A stretch of DNA of 64,000 bases from a virus (IMGVR_UViG_3300042503_000983:8943-72942), one strand, 5' to 3'. Numbered from the stretch's first letter, positions 50,723-60,840 are shown. The notes: generated by a model not told the origin, from the letters alone. Made by a program: numbers and translations.

Positions 50723-50795
50723 CCCCGATTAGCTCAGTGGATAGAGCGATAGGTTTCTACCCTACAGGTCAGGAGTTCGAATCTCTTATCGGGGA
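50723..50795 (+). tRNA. tRNA-Arg(TCT)
   Basis: CCCCGAT/ATCGGGG, anticodon loop TT-TCT-AC, TTCGAAT; AGA is a frequent Arg codon in this window. Confidence 0.88.
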
Positions 50796-50824
50796 CTCAA
50801 AAATAGATATATAATAGAATTACT

Positions 50825-51223
50825 ATGTATGAATATCGTGTTAAAAAAGTATTAAAAATAGTTGATGGTGATACCATTGATGTTGATATTGATCTTGGTT
50901 TTAGTGTATCTTTTACTCAAAGAGTAAGGCTTGCTGGTATTGATACCCCTGAATCTAGAACAACTGATCTTAAAGAAAAGGCACTTGGTTTAGAAGTAAA
51001 AGAATATCTAAAGAATCTATTAGATGGTGCTGAAGACATTGTTATTCAAACAGAGAAGCCAGATAGTTCTGAAAAATATGGTCGTATTTTAGGATGGCTA
51101 TTTATTAATGATGAAGATATTTCTCTTAATGAAAAGATGATTTCTGAAGGCTATGCCTGGGAATATGATGGGGGAACAAAGAAGAAAGACTTTGATTCCC
51201 TACTTGCTAAAAGATCCAAATAA
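50825..51223 (+). CDS. Thermonuclease (SNase-like)
   Basis: VDGDTI, RLAGIDTPE, KYGRILG. Confidence 0.88.
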   Translation: MYEYRVKKVLKIVDGDTIDVDIDLGFSVSFTQRVRLAGIDTPESRTTDLKEKALGLEVKEYLKNLLDGAEDIVIQTEKPDSSEKYGRILGWLFINDEDISLNEKMISEGYAWEYDGGTKKKDFDSLLAKRSK

Positions 51224-51806
51224 TGCTATACTAATTATTCGGAGGCAGACGCTCGTTTATAAGAAAGAATACAATGTTTGAAAAACTAATAGAATATAAA
51301 GAAATGCGAGAAGCGATCCATCGTGTTCGTGAGTTAGCAAAGAAGTTTGAAAGCGAATCAGCAGAAGAAAAGGTTTCCTATAATTTAATTGCTGATCGTA
51401 TCTATACAGCATTAGGACAGGGAAATAAATGAAACTATATAATAAACTAAACAATGCATACTACTATGGCTTGGTCCATGCATATAAGCTAATGTCTAAA
51501 TTTAAGCATACCTGCTCGTTCAGAGTAGGGGATGGCATTGATGGAAAGTGCAAATGTGGAATATCATTCAGGGAATCAGTTTGAAATTCTCACACTCAAT
51601 AGCTGAAATGCTAATCCTATTCTTTGTGGCATTAAATTGCTATGTAAATGTAAAGAGATATTCCTGGGATAAGAAGAAAAAAATTTCCTATATAAATTCT
51701 ATTGGCAGCGATTACGATAAATAAAACTAATAGATAAGATATAATATAACTAATGCTCATTATAATAATGGGTAAATTCAATTAATTAAAATGAGGTATA
51801 ACAAGT

Positions 51807-52541
51807 ATGAGCAATAAAAGAGTAGATAGGCTAGAGGTTGGTGTAGAATTACCAAAAGCACCAAACAATGAAGTAGTTTGGATTGATACAGAAGAGAATA
51901 CAATTAATAGATACAATGAGTCAAATGATTCTTGGGTGTCTGTAGGTGGCTCAGGTGGGGCAGCAGACACTGGAGATATTACATTTGATGGTGTTAAAAT
52001 TGTTGGTGCTGGTACAGCATCAGGCGATGGTGCTAACTTGGGAACTATTGAGCTTGTTCCAGACGGAAGCCTTACCTCAGACCAGTATCTAATTATTGAC
52101 CCTACTGCACCCAACCACATTCACATTCGTGCTGGTGGAGAACAGGATGCTTCAACTGCAGATTTAATTATTGGTGCAGAAAACACCAATGTTCTTGTTT
52201 CTGACACTGGAGATTATGTAGATATTAGAACTACTTCAGATGATTTAAATACATACATATGGCGTTTTACTTCAGATGGATATCTAAGTGGACCTGCAAT
52301 GGGTGGACTATTTGTTTCAGGTATCCTAAATGGAGATAATGATCTTTGGCTATCATCAGGTTCTAATGTTGTTATCAGCAGTGGTGAGGGTATGGGGGTA
52401 TTCTTAGAAAATCAAGATGTTCCAGATAATCAAATTGCAACTATTGGAGACCTTCCAACTGGGGCTACAGGATCATTTACAACTGCTTCACACACAGTGA
52501 CTGTAACTAATGGAATCATTACAGATATTACAGCACTATAA
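51807..52541 (+). CDS. Tail-fibre-like/virion protein outside the tail module
   Basis: WIDT...W N-terminus, Gly-rich, TGSFTT..TVTVTNGIIT C-terminus. Confidence 0.45.
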   Translation: MSNKRVDRLEVGVELPKAPNNEVVWIDTEENTINRYNESNDSWVSVGGSGGAADTGDITFDGVKIVGAGTASGDGANLGTIELVPDGSLTSDQYLIIDPTAPNHIHIRAGGEQDASTADLIIGAENTNVLVSDTGDYVDIRTTSDDLNTYIWRFTSDGYLSGPAMGGLFVSGILNGDNDLWLSSGSNVVISSGEGMGVFLENQDVPDNQIATIGDLPTGATGSFTTASHTVTVTNGIITDITAL

Positions 52542-52689
52542 AAATCGCAAAAAATAAGTCGAAAAAATCGGCGGAAATTAGTATACATATGCTCAACATG
52601 AGCAACTATATGATATAATAAATAAGTCTTGTTCTCCCCCTCTGTGTACGATCTACACAAGGGGAGAATTTCTTTGTAAAGGAATAATT

Positions 52690-52905
52690 ATGGAATATTG
52701 GTCTTGGATATTGGCTGTCATTGGGGTAGCTGGAATCTATTTTGTTGGTAGAAAAACTATCTGGGGATGGTTTGTATTGCTATTTAATGAAACTATTTGG
52801 ATTGCTTATGCTATTGCAACACAGCAATATGGATTCATTGTTTCAGCTATTGCCTATGGAGCAGTCTATATAAGATCCTATTTGCATTGGAAAGCAGACG
52901 TTTAA
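52690..52905 (+). CDS. Small PnuC-like membrane protein
   Basis: WSW...GRK.IWGW...WIAYA pattern. Confidence 0.5.
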   Translation: MEYWSWILAVIGVAGIYFVGRKTIWGWFVLLFNETIWIAYAIATQQYGFIVSAIAYGAVYIRSYLHWKADV

Positions 52906-53348
52906 TTTTTGCGGGGGAAGTAAATGATATACCCTTATTACCTATATAACAATAACTATATATACAACTAATAGACTATATAAACATAATAAATGATGCT
53001 TCGCATATGATTATATAAACCAGAAGAAAGTCTCTTAGAATGGCTTATAGAGCCTTTAAATAGCATAATATAACTATGTCTGGCTAATCTATATGATATA
53101 TATTGGATTAAAATGGATAGAAATGGAGTATAGTGGAGATATATGGGTGAGGGGGCATACCACATCTTAATCGTAATGTCAAATTTGTATATATGGTGTG
53201 TTTATATTCTGGCAAATTCTATATACATTTTAAAAGATAATCATATATTTTGGGCATTTTTTAAGCCCTTTCGTAATCTTTTTTAAAGATTCTTATATAT
53301 AGTTATATAGGTAATATTGATGCCAGGAATATTTATCCCCCGCAAAAA
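52906..53348. repeat. AT-rich non-coding block bounded by a perfect 13-bp inverted repeat
   Basis: TTTTTGCGGGGGA 52906-52918 / TCCCCCGCAAAAA 53336-53348. Confidence 0.75.
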
Positions 53349-53381
53349 CTGGGGGCATATTTAGGGGGTTCGTAATCCTTT

Positions 53382-53909
53382 TTAAGAATGTAAAATATCT
53401 ATTGGATAATCACATTGAGGAGAATTCTTTATAGCACTATCTAAAGCTGTCTTTATTTTCTTTATAGGATCTTTCCAGGTATATGAAGTATCTAATGATC
53501 CTATTGCAAAACTATTACCAGATCCAATAGCTGTATATTTATCATATTCATTTACTTGCCAGTCATTAGTAGATATATTAAATAATCTTCCATGAATTCC
53601 CACCAAAAAATCTGCAGCAGCTTTGTCATCATCTGATATATCAATACCATATGGATCTATAGCTTTTTTCAGGGTAAGAATAAAATCTGTTCTCATATAT
53701 TTATCTACATCCTTTTTAACTACATTAGGAAAATCAATATAATGAGCTACTTGTCCAGATCCCCTTGAAGAAGCATAACCAATTAAGAATTGTCCATTCT
53801 TTTTTATTTTCGGGGTAATAGGAGAAGATATAGAATATTCATCAGACATACCTCTATCTGATCCCATATAGACAATACCATTATCTATGAGTCCAATTAC
53901 TATAGTCAT
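53382..53909 (-). CDS. Ntn-hydrolase, proteasome-beta/HslV-like protease
   Basis: N-terminal M-T nucleophile, GSD, KI, AIGSG motifs. Confidence 0.75.
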   Translation of the reverse strand: MTIVIGLIDNGIVYMGSDRGMSDEYSISSPITPKIKKNGQFLIGYASSRGSGQVAHYIDFPNVVKKDVDKYMRTDFILTLKKAIDPYGIDISDDDKAAADFLVGIHGRLFNISTNDWQVNEYDKYTAIGSGNSFAIGSLDTSYTWKDPIKKIKTALDSAIKNSPQCDYPIDILHS

Positions 53910-54017
53910 AATACTATTATACTCTCTCTTCCTTGATTTTAAAAATATTGAAAAATGGGCGATTTAAAAGGTCGTTCTTAATCTTATTTGACAAAATTAA
54001 ATTTGTGTGCGCCCACT

Positions 54018-54094
54018 TGGTGGGGTGGGTCAGGCTCGAACTGACGACTACTGAATTATGAGTTCAGGGCTCTAACCAACTGAGCTACCACCCC
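54018..54094 (-). tRNA. tRNA with CAT anticodon (elongator Met or Ile2)
   Basis: GGGGTGG/CCACCCC-ACCA, CTGAA-CTCATAA-TTCAG; lacks initiator features. Confidence 0.9.
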
Positions 54095-54200
54095 AACAAT
54101 TTAAAAAATTGCTGATATCAAAATAAAGAATAATAAGATAGACATAAATCCACCAATTATTCCAGTTCCAACATTTGTGTATGGTTCTCTGCTATCCCAT

Positions 54201-57130
54201 TTACTCATCTTCTAAGTCTGCTTGATCTTCAAAAGGAACAGCCATTTCAATTAGTTCATCAAGGTCTTGGTAGTCATAGTTTGGGTCAGCATTATTTAGA
54301 ACCGAACAAAGTTCCAACCAGGTCTCATCAATTACTTGTAGACCCTTGTCTGTTAGAATAACTAATTCATTTACAATCATTACTGACATTGGTACGCCTA
54401 AATCATTGTATGAAAAGAAATCTTCAAAGGCTTCATCACTTCTATACCCATTGATAAACTCAAAAATGATTTCTGCTTTTTCTCTTGTGTCTAACATTAT
54501 TTTCCTAACTGTTCTTTGCTTAGCCCGATTTCATTGTCAGCAAGTTGTTCATTTATTCCGTCTGCCAGATTTTTAGCATTTGCAATAACGTGATAGTTTT
54601 GCTGTGTGATGTAAAATGGAATGTAGTGTTGCCAATCTACGATTCCGATTCTACTGTCTGAAAATAGGGCAATCAACTTATCTGCTATTTTCTCGTTTGG
54701 TGTTTTTCCCATAGTGTTCCCATTCTATCATTGAGGTCTGACAAAAAGGGGCAAGGACCTTCCCTGCCCCCTTCCAGCCAGCCTTAACGGGACTTTACTA
54801 CCTTGTTACGGCGTAGTGATGTTAGATTGACGTTGTGGATAAAATGTCCTAGACCGTCACGAATTACTACACGTTCTGTGTCTCCCCACTTTTCAAGTGA
54901 TGTGAAACGTTGCTTCTTCAGAGTACGCATTTGCTCTCTTGTCATTGTTCTCTCCTTAAGAGTTACCTTGTATTTATCTTACCATTTTTTGACAGGGTTG
55001 TCAAATCTATTCTTCTAATAAGGCTATTACTTCACCGTCTGGAACAAATAAATCTATTTGATCTTCCATACGATCTAATACCTCTAGGATCCAACCATCT
55101 TCTGTTGGTTCTATTTCTAACACTCTAAAGTCTCCACCTGCAAAATTAATTAAATCTCCAGGCTCTACAAAGTTAACTATTACATAGTCATATATTTCAT
55201 AGTCGCTCAAGTTCAATCGCCTCCACATAGGATTCTATCACACTTGATAGATTCTTTAGAACAGCCCACGTTAGTTGCGGCTCATCTTTTTCCAAAGCCC
55301 CCTCAAGGTTGGCTATGGTATGTTTAATAAATCTATTAATTGCTGTATCCATTAGTTCCACCATTGGTCGTCTATAATGTGGTCAATACCAGCATCAATT
55401 GCTTCGTAGAATGTGTCATACACTTCACCCATATCTTCATTGTGTGCAAACACTTCCCACCAAGGATTCATACGATAAACTTCAAATCCACTATTGCTAA
55501 TAGTTTTAATAAACTGCATCAACTGAATGTCATCGTTGATACCTGCAGCCTCTAAGTCGTCAGAGTATCTCACAATAGTGACACCTTCATCAGATAGTTC
55601 ACCATTAACTAAGTTTGGTAGTGATAGACTCATCTCACCATTACGTTCAATCTCTACCACACGGTCCAAGTATGTGATAGTTGCATAAGACTCTGCACCC
55701 TCCTGCCACACATAAAACTCTGGCATCTGCTTACTTGTAGGGATTGTCTGTGTGTATTCTACCGTTACGCCTTCTAATGTTTTCATAGTCGTATCCTACT
55801 AAACTTTCTTTGGAATGTCAAGTCTTGTTAGTTGATATGCCAAGACTTCTTCTAGCCTCTGGTATTCAGTTTCTAGTTCTGAACCCTCTTTTAGATCATC
55901 TTCCCAACGTCCACTAGTTTTATTATAAATAAGACCAGGGTGGTCTGCCATATTTATCATTGTTGTTTCTACATCAACCATGAAAGCTCCCCAATCCTCA
56001 TCATAAACAACTACCCAATGATATTCGTAACTCATACTTCTACTTCCTGTTCTATGTCCATAAGATAACCAGTTTTATTACATTCTGGACAATCATCAGC
56101 CCATAAGTCTACAAACGATACAGCCTCACACATACAGCATTTTACTTTATCCATTAACATTACTGTAACCTATCTTCCAGTTCGTCAAGGGTAGGATTAT
56201 GATAATTACCCTCATCTTTCATTTGATTAATAACATCTAATACTTCATCAAGAGTTAATTCATTAGTCATTACTATACCTCGTGTACGATTACATCTTGT
56301 AGATACATAATTTCGGGGTCAATCTTATAATAGTCCATTAAGGTATTCTTTGCTTCCTCAATAATAAACTCATCAGATAAGTCTGGCTCATTTAGTTGAA
56401 CACTTGTAATAATTACCATACGTTCTAATACAAACTCTACACTATAATTATACAAATCCATTAGTTAATCTCCACTTCTACTCCATAGGTTTCTATACCT
56501 GTCATTACTACATCTGTGTCTACTGTGTCGTCAATCTCATCATAACAACCCTCACTCTTAAAATGCTCCCACATCTCCTGAATGTCGTCACGGTCATTTT
56601 CGTCAAAGTCAGGGTTGTGTAGTAAATACAAATTCCATAGTTGATCAGGTACGTCCATACTCCATACTGATTCAAAAGTTCCCTCAAAGATTCCTCTTAG
56701 TTTCATTACACTATCTCCAGTCTGTTCTTGGCAAAGAATAAATCTGTACCGTCCTCATCTTTAATGCTAATCTGTGCAGGTACATCAAATTTGTCAAGGA
56801 ATAAATTATGTTCTATCTGCCATTCTTGATCTTTAACAAATTCAATCATAGCCTCATGACTAATAGGATAACCATGAATACCATACTCACCTGTTGCTAA
56901 CATCATTTTAATTAATGCTTCTTCTGAATAAATAATCTCTGTTGTTGCTACTAGATAAGTCATACCTTTTTCTCCCTAATAACTATTTGAACCATTTCTT
57001 CTGTGTTATAAAAATGTTTTACAAACTGATAGGCGGTATCCCATTGTTCTAATTCAATACCACCAACATTATGTAATTCAACAAAGTGGTCTGCTAACTC
57101 ACTTAGTCGTGGGTCTGTTGTGTCAATCAT
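54201..57130 (-). CDS. Array of small acidic hypothetical genes
   Basis: ORFs 54201-54497, 54497-54712, 55007-55228, 55352-55786, 55799-56035, 56273-56461, 56461-56706, 56706-56963 plus shorter ones, tightly coupled. Confidence 0.6.
54722..54743 (-). promoter_or_regulatory. TGTCAG-N10-TAnnnT promoter 1
   Basis: TGTCAG ACCTCAATGA TAGAAT. Confidence 0.8.
54976..55004 (-). promoter_or_regulatory. Sigma-A promoter
   Basis: TTGACA-N17-TAAGAT. Confidence 0.7.
55793..55821 (-). promoter_or_regulatory. Sigma-A promoter, leaderless transcript
   Basis: TTGACA-N17-TAGGAT, ATG 6 nt downstream. Confidence 0.7.
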
Positions 57131-57160
57131 TTTTTGTCCTTTTGTAGGTTGATACTTTGT

Positions 57161-57182
57161 ATCCTACCACAGAGGTCTGACA
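57161..57182 (-). promoter_or_regulatory. TGTCAG-N10-TAnnnT promoter 2
   Basis: TGTCAG ACCTCTGTGG TAGGAT. Confidence 0.8.
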
Positions 57183-57268
57183 TTTTTGCACGGCTTGGGG
57201 GTGTTTTTAAGTCTTCTTAATCATGTTCTAAGACTAATAGACTTATTAAATGGGGGCGCAGCTTGAAG

Positions 57269-57294
57269 GAGCAGTTTAACGTGATGCTCAGCAC
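57269..57294 (-). ncRNA. Compact H-type pseudoknot, copy C
   Basis: GTG-CT-GAGCA-T-CAC-GTTAAAC-TGCTC. Confidence 0.5.
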
Positions 57295-57317
57295 TTTTAC
57301 CTACCTACTAGATAAAC

Positions 57318-57812
57318 CTAGTATCTTTCATCTATTGAATCAATGTCTGCATCAAACTCTTGAATCTCATACTTAGATTCATTTGATTCGATTGTGATGT
57401 CAAAGTCATAGACACTTAAATCAGAAGCATCTTCATTGACAGGAATAGAAACTGTTGCCTTAATTGTTACATTGAATTCAACTTCAACTTCTTTAGACAA
57501 GTCAATACCAAAGATGTTTGCAATTTCAGTTGCGTGTTCTTCGCCAATCTCATCAAAGTTCTCAACAAGATAATCTTTTAACTTGTCTTGTGCCCTTGAG
57601 TTACGGTTGTTAGTTTCTTGTAGTGCATCTAGCCTCCAGTAAGTTCTGGAAATGTCGTCTGCATTTTCTAAGTCAAACTTTGAATCTGATGGTGTGCCAT
57701 AGTAGTAACCCTTTCGGACAACAATGGTTGCCTTTGGGTCATAGATAGGCTTGATGTCCCCTGCTTCTATTAGTTCTTTAGCAAATGTTGGTTCGCTTCT
57801 TGTGAATTCCAT
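57318..57812 (-). CDS. Hypothetical acidic protein
   Basis: AAGGAG RBS and its own promoter. Confidence 0.65.
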   Translation of the reverse strand: MEFTRSEPTFAKELIEAGDIKPIYDPKATIVVRKGYYYGTPSDSKFDLENADDISRTYWRLDALQETNNRNSRAQDKLKDYLVENFDEIGEEHATEIANIFGIDLSKEVEVEFNVTIKATVSIPVNEDASDLSVYDFDITIESNESKYEIQEFDADIDSIDERY

Positions 57813-57813
57813 T

Positions 57814-58587
57814 TTATTCTCCTTGTAGGTTGGTTGTTGAAACTAGTGTATCAGAGAGGTCTGACAATTCTACCCATTCCTCTAGTTCTGAATCCCACTT
57901 AAATTTAGTGGTATCCATTGGGCAATCTTCAAAAGCATACTCAACGTCATTGTATTCACATTGGCACTCTCTTTCTAGTGCCTTGTAGTCAGCGTGAGAC
58001 ATTGGAGTGTCATACTCATTAGAGGCAATCTCTTTTCCACCCAAGAATGTGCAACTGCCACCCCAGCCTTGCTCTTCCTCATACTCATAGTCAAATTCAA
58101 GAGTTGGATACATCTCTGATAGTTTAATTAAAACCTCGCCAACAGGAGACCAAGCAGTATTGAAATGATACATAACAGAGCCATCATCATTAAGAGTGAT
58201 ACGAGTTTCTGACCATTCAGACTTATCATCTACTGCTACGTCCCACTTAGTTCCCCAGTTACGACAGTTCCAGTGATACCAGTCTTGGTCTTCTTTCATA
58301 GAGCGAACAAACTCTGTCATAAATTCTTCAGGGGCAAGATTAGTTTTCTTAAACACTTCTTCACCATAGTATGACTTAAGGTCTGTTGGTTTTACAATGT
58401 TCCAAAAAGCAAAGACAGGATTAGAATAAATTTGGGTATCTGGAAAGTGTTCCCACTTTTCTAATTCTTTATTGTATTCTGCATTAGGAAAATGCTTTTC
58501 AAAAGGTTGATTTAATTGTTCAACCATCTTATCTAATTCTGATTGTTCACCAGATACAACTAAACTATTAAATACCCAGTTTGGCAT
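57814..58587 (-). CDS. DUF1281/YubB ferredoxin-like domain protein
   Basis: MPNW, WYHWNCRNWGTKWD, FNTAWSP. Confidence 0.75.
   Translation of the reverse strand: MPNWVFNSLVVSGEQSELDKMVEQLNQPFEKHFPNAEYNKELEKWEHFPDTQIYSNPVFAFWNIVKPTDLKSYYGEEVFKKTNLAPEEFMTEFVRSMKEDQDWYHWNCRNWGTKWDVAVDDKSEWSETRITLNDDGSVMYHFNTAWSPVGEVLIKLSEMYPTLEFDYEYEEEQGWGGSCTFLGGKEIASNEYDTPMSHADYKALERECQCEYNDVEYAFEDCPMDTTKFKWDSELEEWVELSDLSDTLVSTTNLQGE
57845..57866 (-). promoter_or_regulatory. TGTCAG-N10-TAnnnT promoter 3
   Basis: TGTCAG ACCTCTCTGA TACACT, inside the 3' end of the upstream CDS. Confidence 0.75.
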
Positions 58588-58618
58588 TGTGTCTCATTTC
58601 TTAGTAGGTTATGATTAC

Positions 58619-58640
58619 ATCATAGCACAGAGGTCTGACA
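58619..58640 (-). promoter_or_regulatory. TGTCAG-N10-TAnnnT promoter 4
   Basis: TGTCAG ACCTCTGTGC TATGAT. Confidence 0.8.
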
Positions 58641-58711
58641 ATTTTGGGGGTATTTCTACCCCACCTTAATCGTAAACGAGGAGCTGGGATCCAGGCTGCG
58701 CCCAGAATGGG

Positions 58712-58741
58712 GAGCAGTTTATTTAGACATGCTCAGGTCTA
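58712..58741 (-). ncRNA. Compact H-type pseudoknot, copy D
   Basis: TAGAC-CT-GAGCA-T-GTCTA-AATAAAC-TGCTC. Confidence 0.55.
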
Positions 58742-58799
58742 TTTCACCTATTTTTATACTCTGTGTGATGAGAGTCTCTTCCGTTCAGATTTTATCCTA

Positions 58800-59789
58800 C
58801 TAGGCGAAGGCAACCTCTTTCACAATGGAAAGTAGTTTGTTTTTTTCTGCTGTGATAACTGGGTCAAAGCCTGATGCACTTGCAAGGATTCCCTCGTTGT
58901 TGCCATTACGGGCAGAGCGATACCAATCAAGGCGTTCAGTCAATGTGTTGAAAGCACCCCAAGCGGTATTGTTAATCATTGAATTAGTATCTGATGCAAA
59001 AATCTCATCTAACAATTCAATTTTGGTTTCCCACTTAGTCATAGCACCCTTAGCATCTTTGCTTGGCATTGGATAAGCCTTTTCAACAATCTTATTAAAA
59101 GTATCTTTTGTGATTTCCTTTTCAATAAGTTCTTGAGCCATTTTGTCAAAAGCATCCATGTAAGTATTAGCAAGACCCAATGCTTCACGAGCAACCAGAA
59201 TACGACCCTCAAGTGTTGATGTGTGTCGCATCTTGAAAGACTGCTTAACACCACGAAGAGCCATGTCAAGAGTATTAGCACACACAACACGAACAGGTGT
59301 AACAGATGCACGAACAGCAAGAGAACCGTCATGTGATGTGTTTACAAGTAAGTAAGACTTCACAACATCTGCAACTCCACTTGGGTCAAGTACGGTTTCA
59401 CGCTCAAGAGCAAGAGAACCAAATACAACACGACCATTCTTTAGAGAACCAGCAGTTTCCCAACGAGCACCGTCAAGAAGATTATCTGCAAAAGCAAATA
59501 GTTCTTCATTCTGTAAAGTTTGGTATCGTTCACCAACAACTGCTAGAACATCTGGGTGTCCGTCTTCTGGGTGGTCACGAACAACAAGAAAGTTAGATTT
59601 GCTTGATGTGTAATCTTCAGGTAGTTGAACATCTTCAAGACGTACATTCCAATTTGATAAGTGTGCTATGTCCATAACTTCACTTGTAGTGTGTTCTTCT
59701 GTAACAACAGTTCCTAGACCATGCCAAGCAGGTTCACGAAATGAATACATAGAGCCCACACCGTTAATAACTTCAACTGCATCTGCCAT
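58800..59789 (-). CDS. DUF932 family (phage/plasmid-like) protein
   Basis: REPAWHGLG, ETAGSLKNG, NTSHDGS, PVRVVCANTL, TAWGAFN. Confidence 0.85.
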   Translation of the reverse strand: MADAVEVINGVGSMYSFREPAWHGLGTVVTEEHTTSEVMDIAHLSNWNVRLEDVQLPEDYTSSKSNFLVVRDHPEDGHPDVLAVVGERYQTLQNEELFAFADNLLDGARWETAGSLKNGRVVFGSLALERETVLDPSGVADVVKSYLLVNTSHDGSLAVRASVTPVRVVCANTLDMALRGVKQSFKMRHTSTLEGRILVAREALGLANTYMDAFDKMAQELIEKEITKDTFNKIVEKAYPMPSKDAKGAMTKWETKIELLDEIFASDTNSMINNTAWGAFNTLTERLDWYRSARNGNNEGILASASGFDPVITAEKNKLLSIVKEVAFA

Positions 59790-59822
59790 TTTGTTTCCTT
59801 TGTTTGTTTGTTTAATAGTCTT

Positions 59823-59844
59823 ATCTTAGCACAAGGGTCTGACA
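59823..59844 (-). promoter_or_regulatory. TGTCAG-N10-TAnnnT promoter 5
   Basis: TGTCAG ACCCTTGTGC TAAGAT. Confidence 0.8.
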
Positions 59845-59919
59845 ATTTCAACTTAAACTGGCAGATATCTGTGTGTCTCTTAATAGCTTTATATAACGAT
59901 TTGATAACAGGGCGCAGCT

Positions 59920-59996
59920 TGGCGATCTGGATGGGACTTGAACCCACGACCTCCGCCGTGACAGGGCGGTGCTCTAACCAACTGAGCCACCAGACC
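59920..59996 (-). tRNA. tRNA-Asp(GTC)
   Basis: GGTCTGG/CCAGATC-GCCA, CCGCC-CTGTCAC-GGCGG. Confidence 0.92.
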
Positions 59997-60078
59997 AAGC
60001 TTGTGCCAGGATTTATATCTTTTCATTCAATCACCAACAACCTGGCGGTATTGGCTACCTTTTAATTATTGAGTTACC

Positions 60079-60555
60079 TTACCAAGAGGCTTGGTACTCA
60101 AAATAGTCGAACTTACTATCAAGGCATCTAGTGATGATACCAACAGTATCGTTCAAATCTCCAAAGTAATACTTATCATACTCTGTTGAACCAAAGAAGA
60201 ATCCACTACCTGTTGGCAATAATTCTTCTGCTGATTCTGGATTAGCAATTACTTCAATACAGGTTTCTTTCAACTGTTCTAAATCTTCTCTACGAACAAT
60301 GATTGGCTGACATTCATCAACACCATCTGCTAAGTTATTTACAAACCAATGATGAATCATATTTGATTTACGCCAATAGCCCATTGGTACATCAACAGTA
60401 ATTCCAGCAAAGCCAGAACTATCAATAACATTTTCTAATTCAAGATTCTTAACAATCTCATTAAAGATTGGGTTAATTGTGTCCTCATCCGTCTGACGAT
60501 TAAAGTTGTGACGGTACACATATTCACTTGCACGAAGGTACATATCTAAGCCCAT
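60079..60555 (-). CDS. Phage hypothetical protein
   Basis: MGLDMYL...YWRKSNMIHHWF...GFFFGS...YQASW pattern. Confidence 0.7.
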   Translation of the reverse strand: MGLDMYLRASEYVYRHNFNRQTDEDTINPIFNEIVKNLELENVIDSSGFAGITVDVPMGYWRKSNMIHHWFVNNLADGVDECQPIIVRREDLEQLKETCIEVIANPESAEELLPTGSGFFFGSTEYDKYYFGDLNDTVGIITRCLDSKFDYFEYQASW

Positions 60556-60587
60556 TGGGGACTCCATTCTTTTGTAGGTATAAAGTA

Positions 60588-60609
60588 ATCTTAGCATAGG
60601 GGTCTGACA
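60588..60609 (-). promoter_or_regulatory. TGTCAG-N10-TAnnnT promoter 6
   Basis: TGTCAG ACCCCTATGC TAAGAT; overlaps a GGGGTCTG/CAGACCCC hairpin. Confidence 0.8.
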
Positions 60610-60635
60610 GTTTTAGCCAGACCCCCTAACTAAAA

Positions 60636-60794
60636 CTACTTAGTTAAAGTAGTCCAGCGTGGCTGACCGTCAATGTCAAGACGAACTCGGTATGAACCGT
60701 TTGCGTTCTTAACTACTTCCTGAACTTCGCCAGTAACCTTGCTTTTTGCTGTGGTGAACTGTGAGCCAACAGTTGGGGCTGTGATTTTTGCCAT
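60636..60794 (-). CDS. Small SH3-like basic protein (52 aa)
   Basis: MAKITAPTVGSQFTT...RWTT. Confidence 0.6.
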   Translation of the reverse strand: MAKITAPTVGSQFTTAKSKVTGEVQEVVKNANGSYRVRLDIDGQPRWTTLTK

Positions 60795-60840
60795 TTGCTT
60801 CTCTTTTCTTTTGTGGGATTGTTCCCTTGTTGTAGTACCT

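Noticed and set aside
52968-53165. 65-aa ORF in the AT-rich block
   Set aside because: No RBS or promoter context and composition unlike neighbouring genes
52906-53348. MITE/IS element
   Set aside because: Single copy, no target-site duplication seen, no transposase
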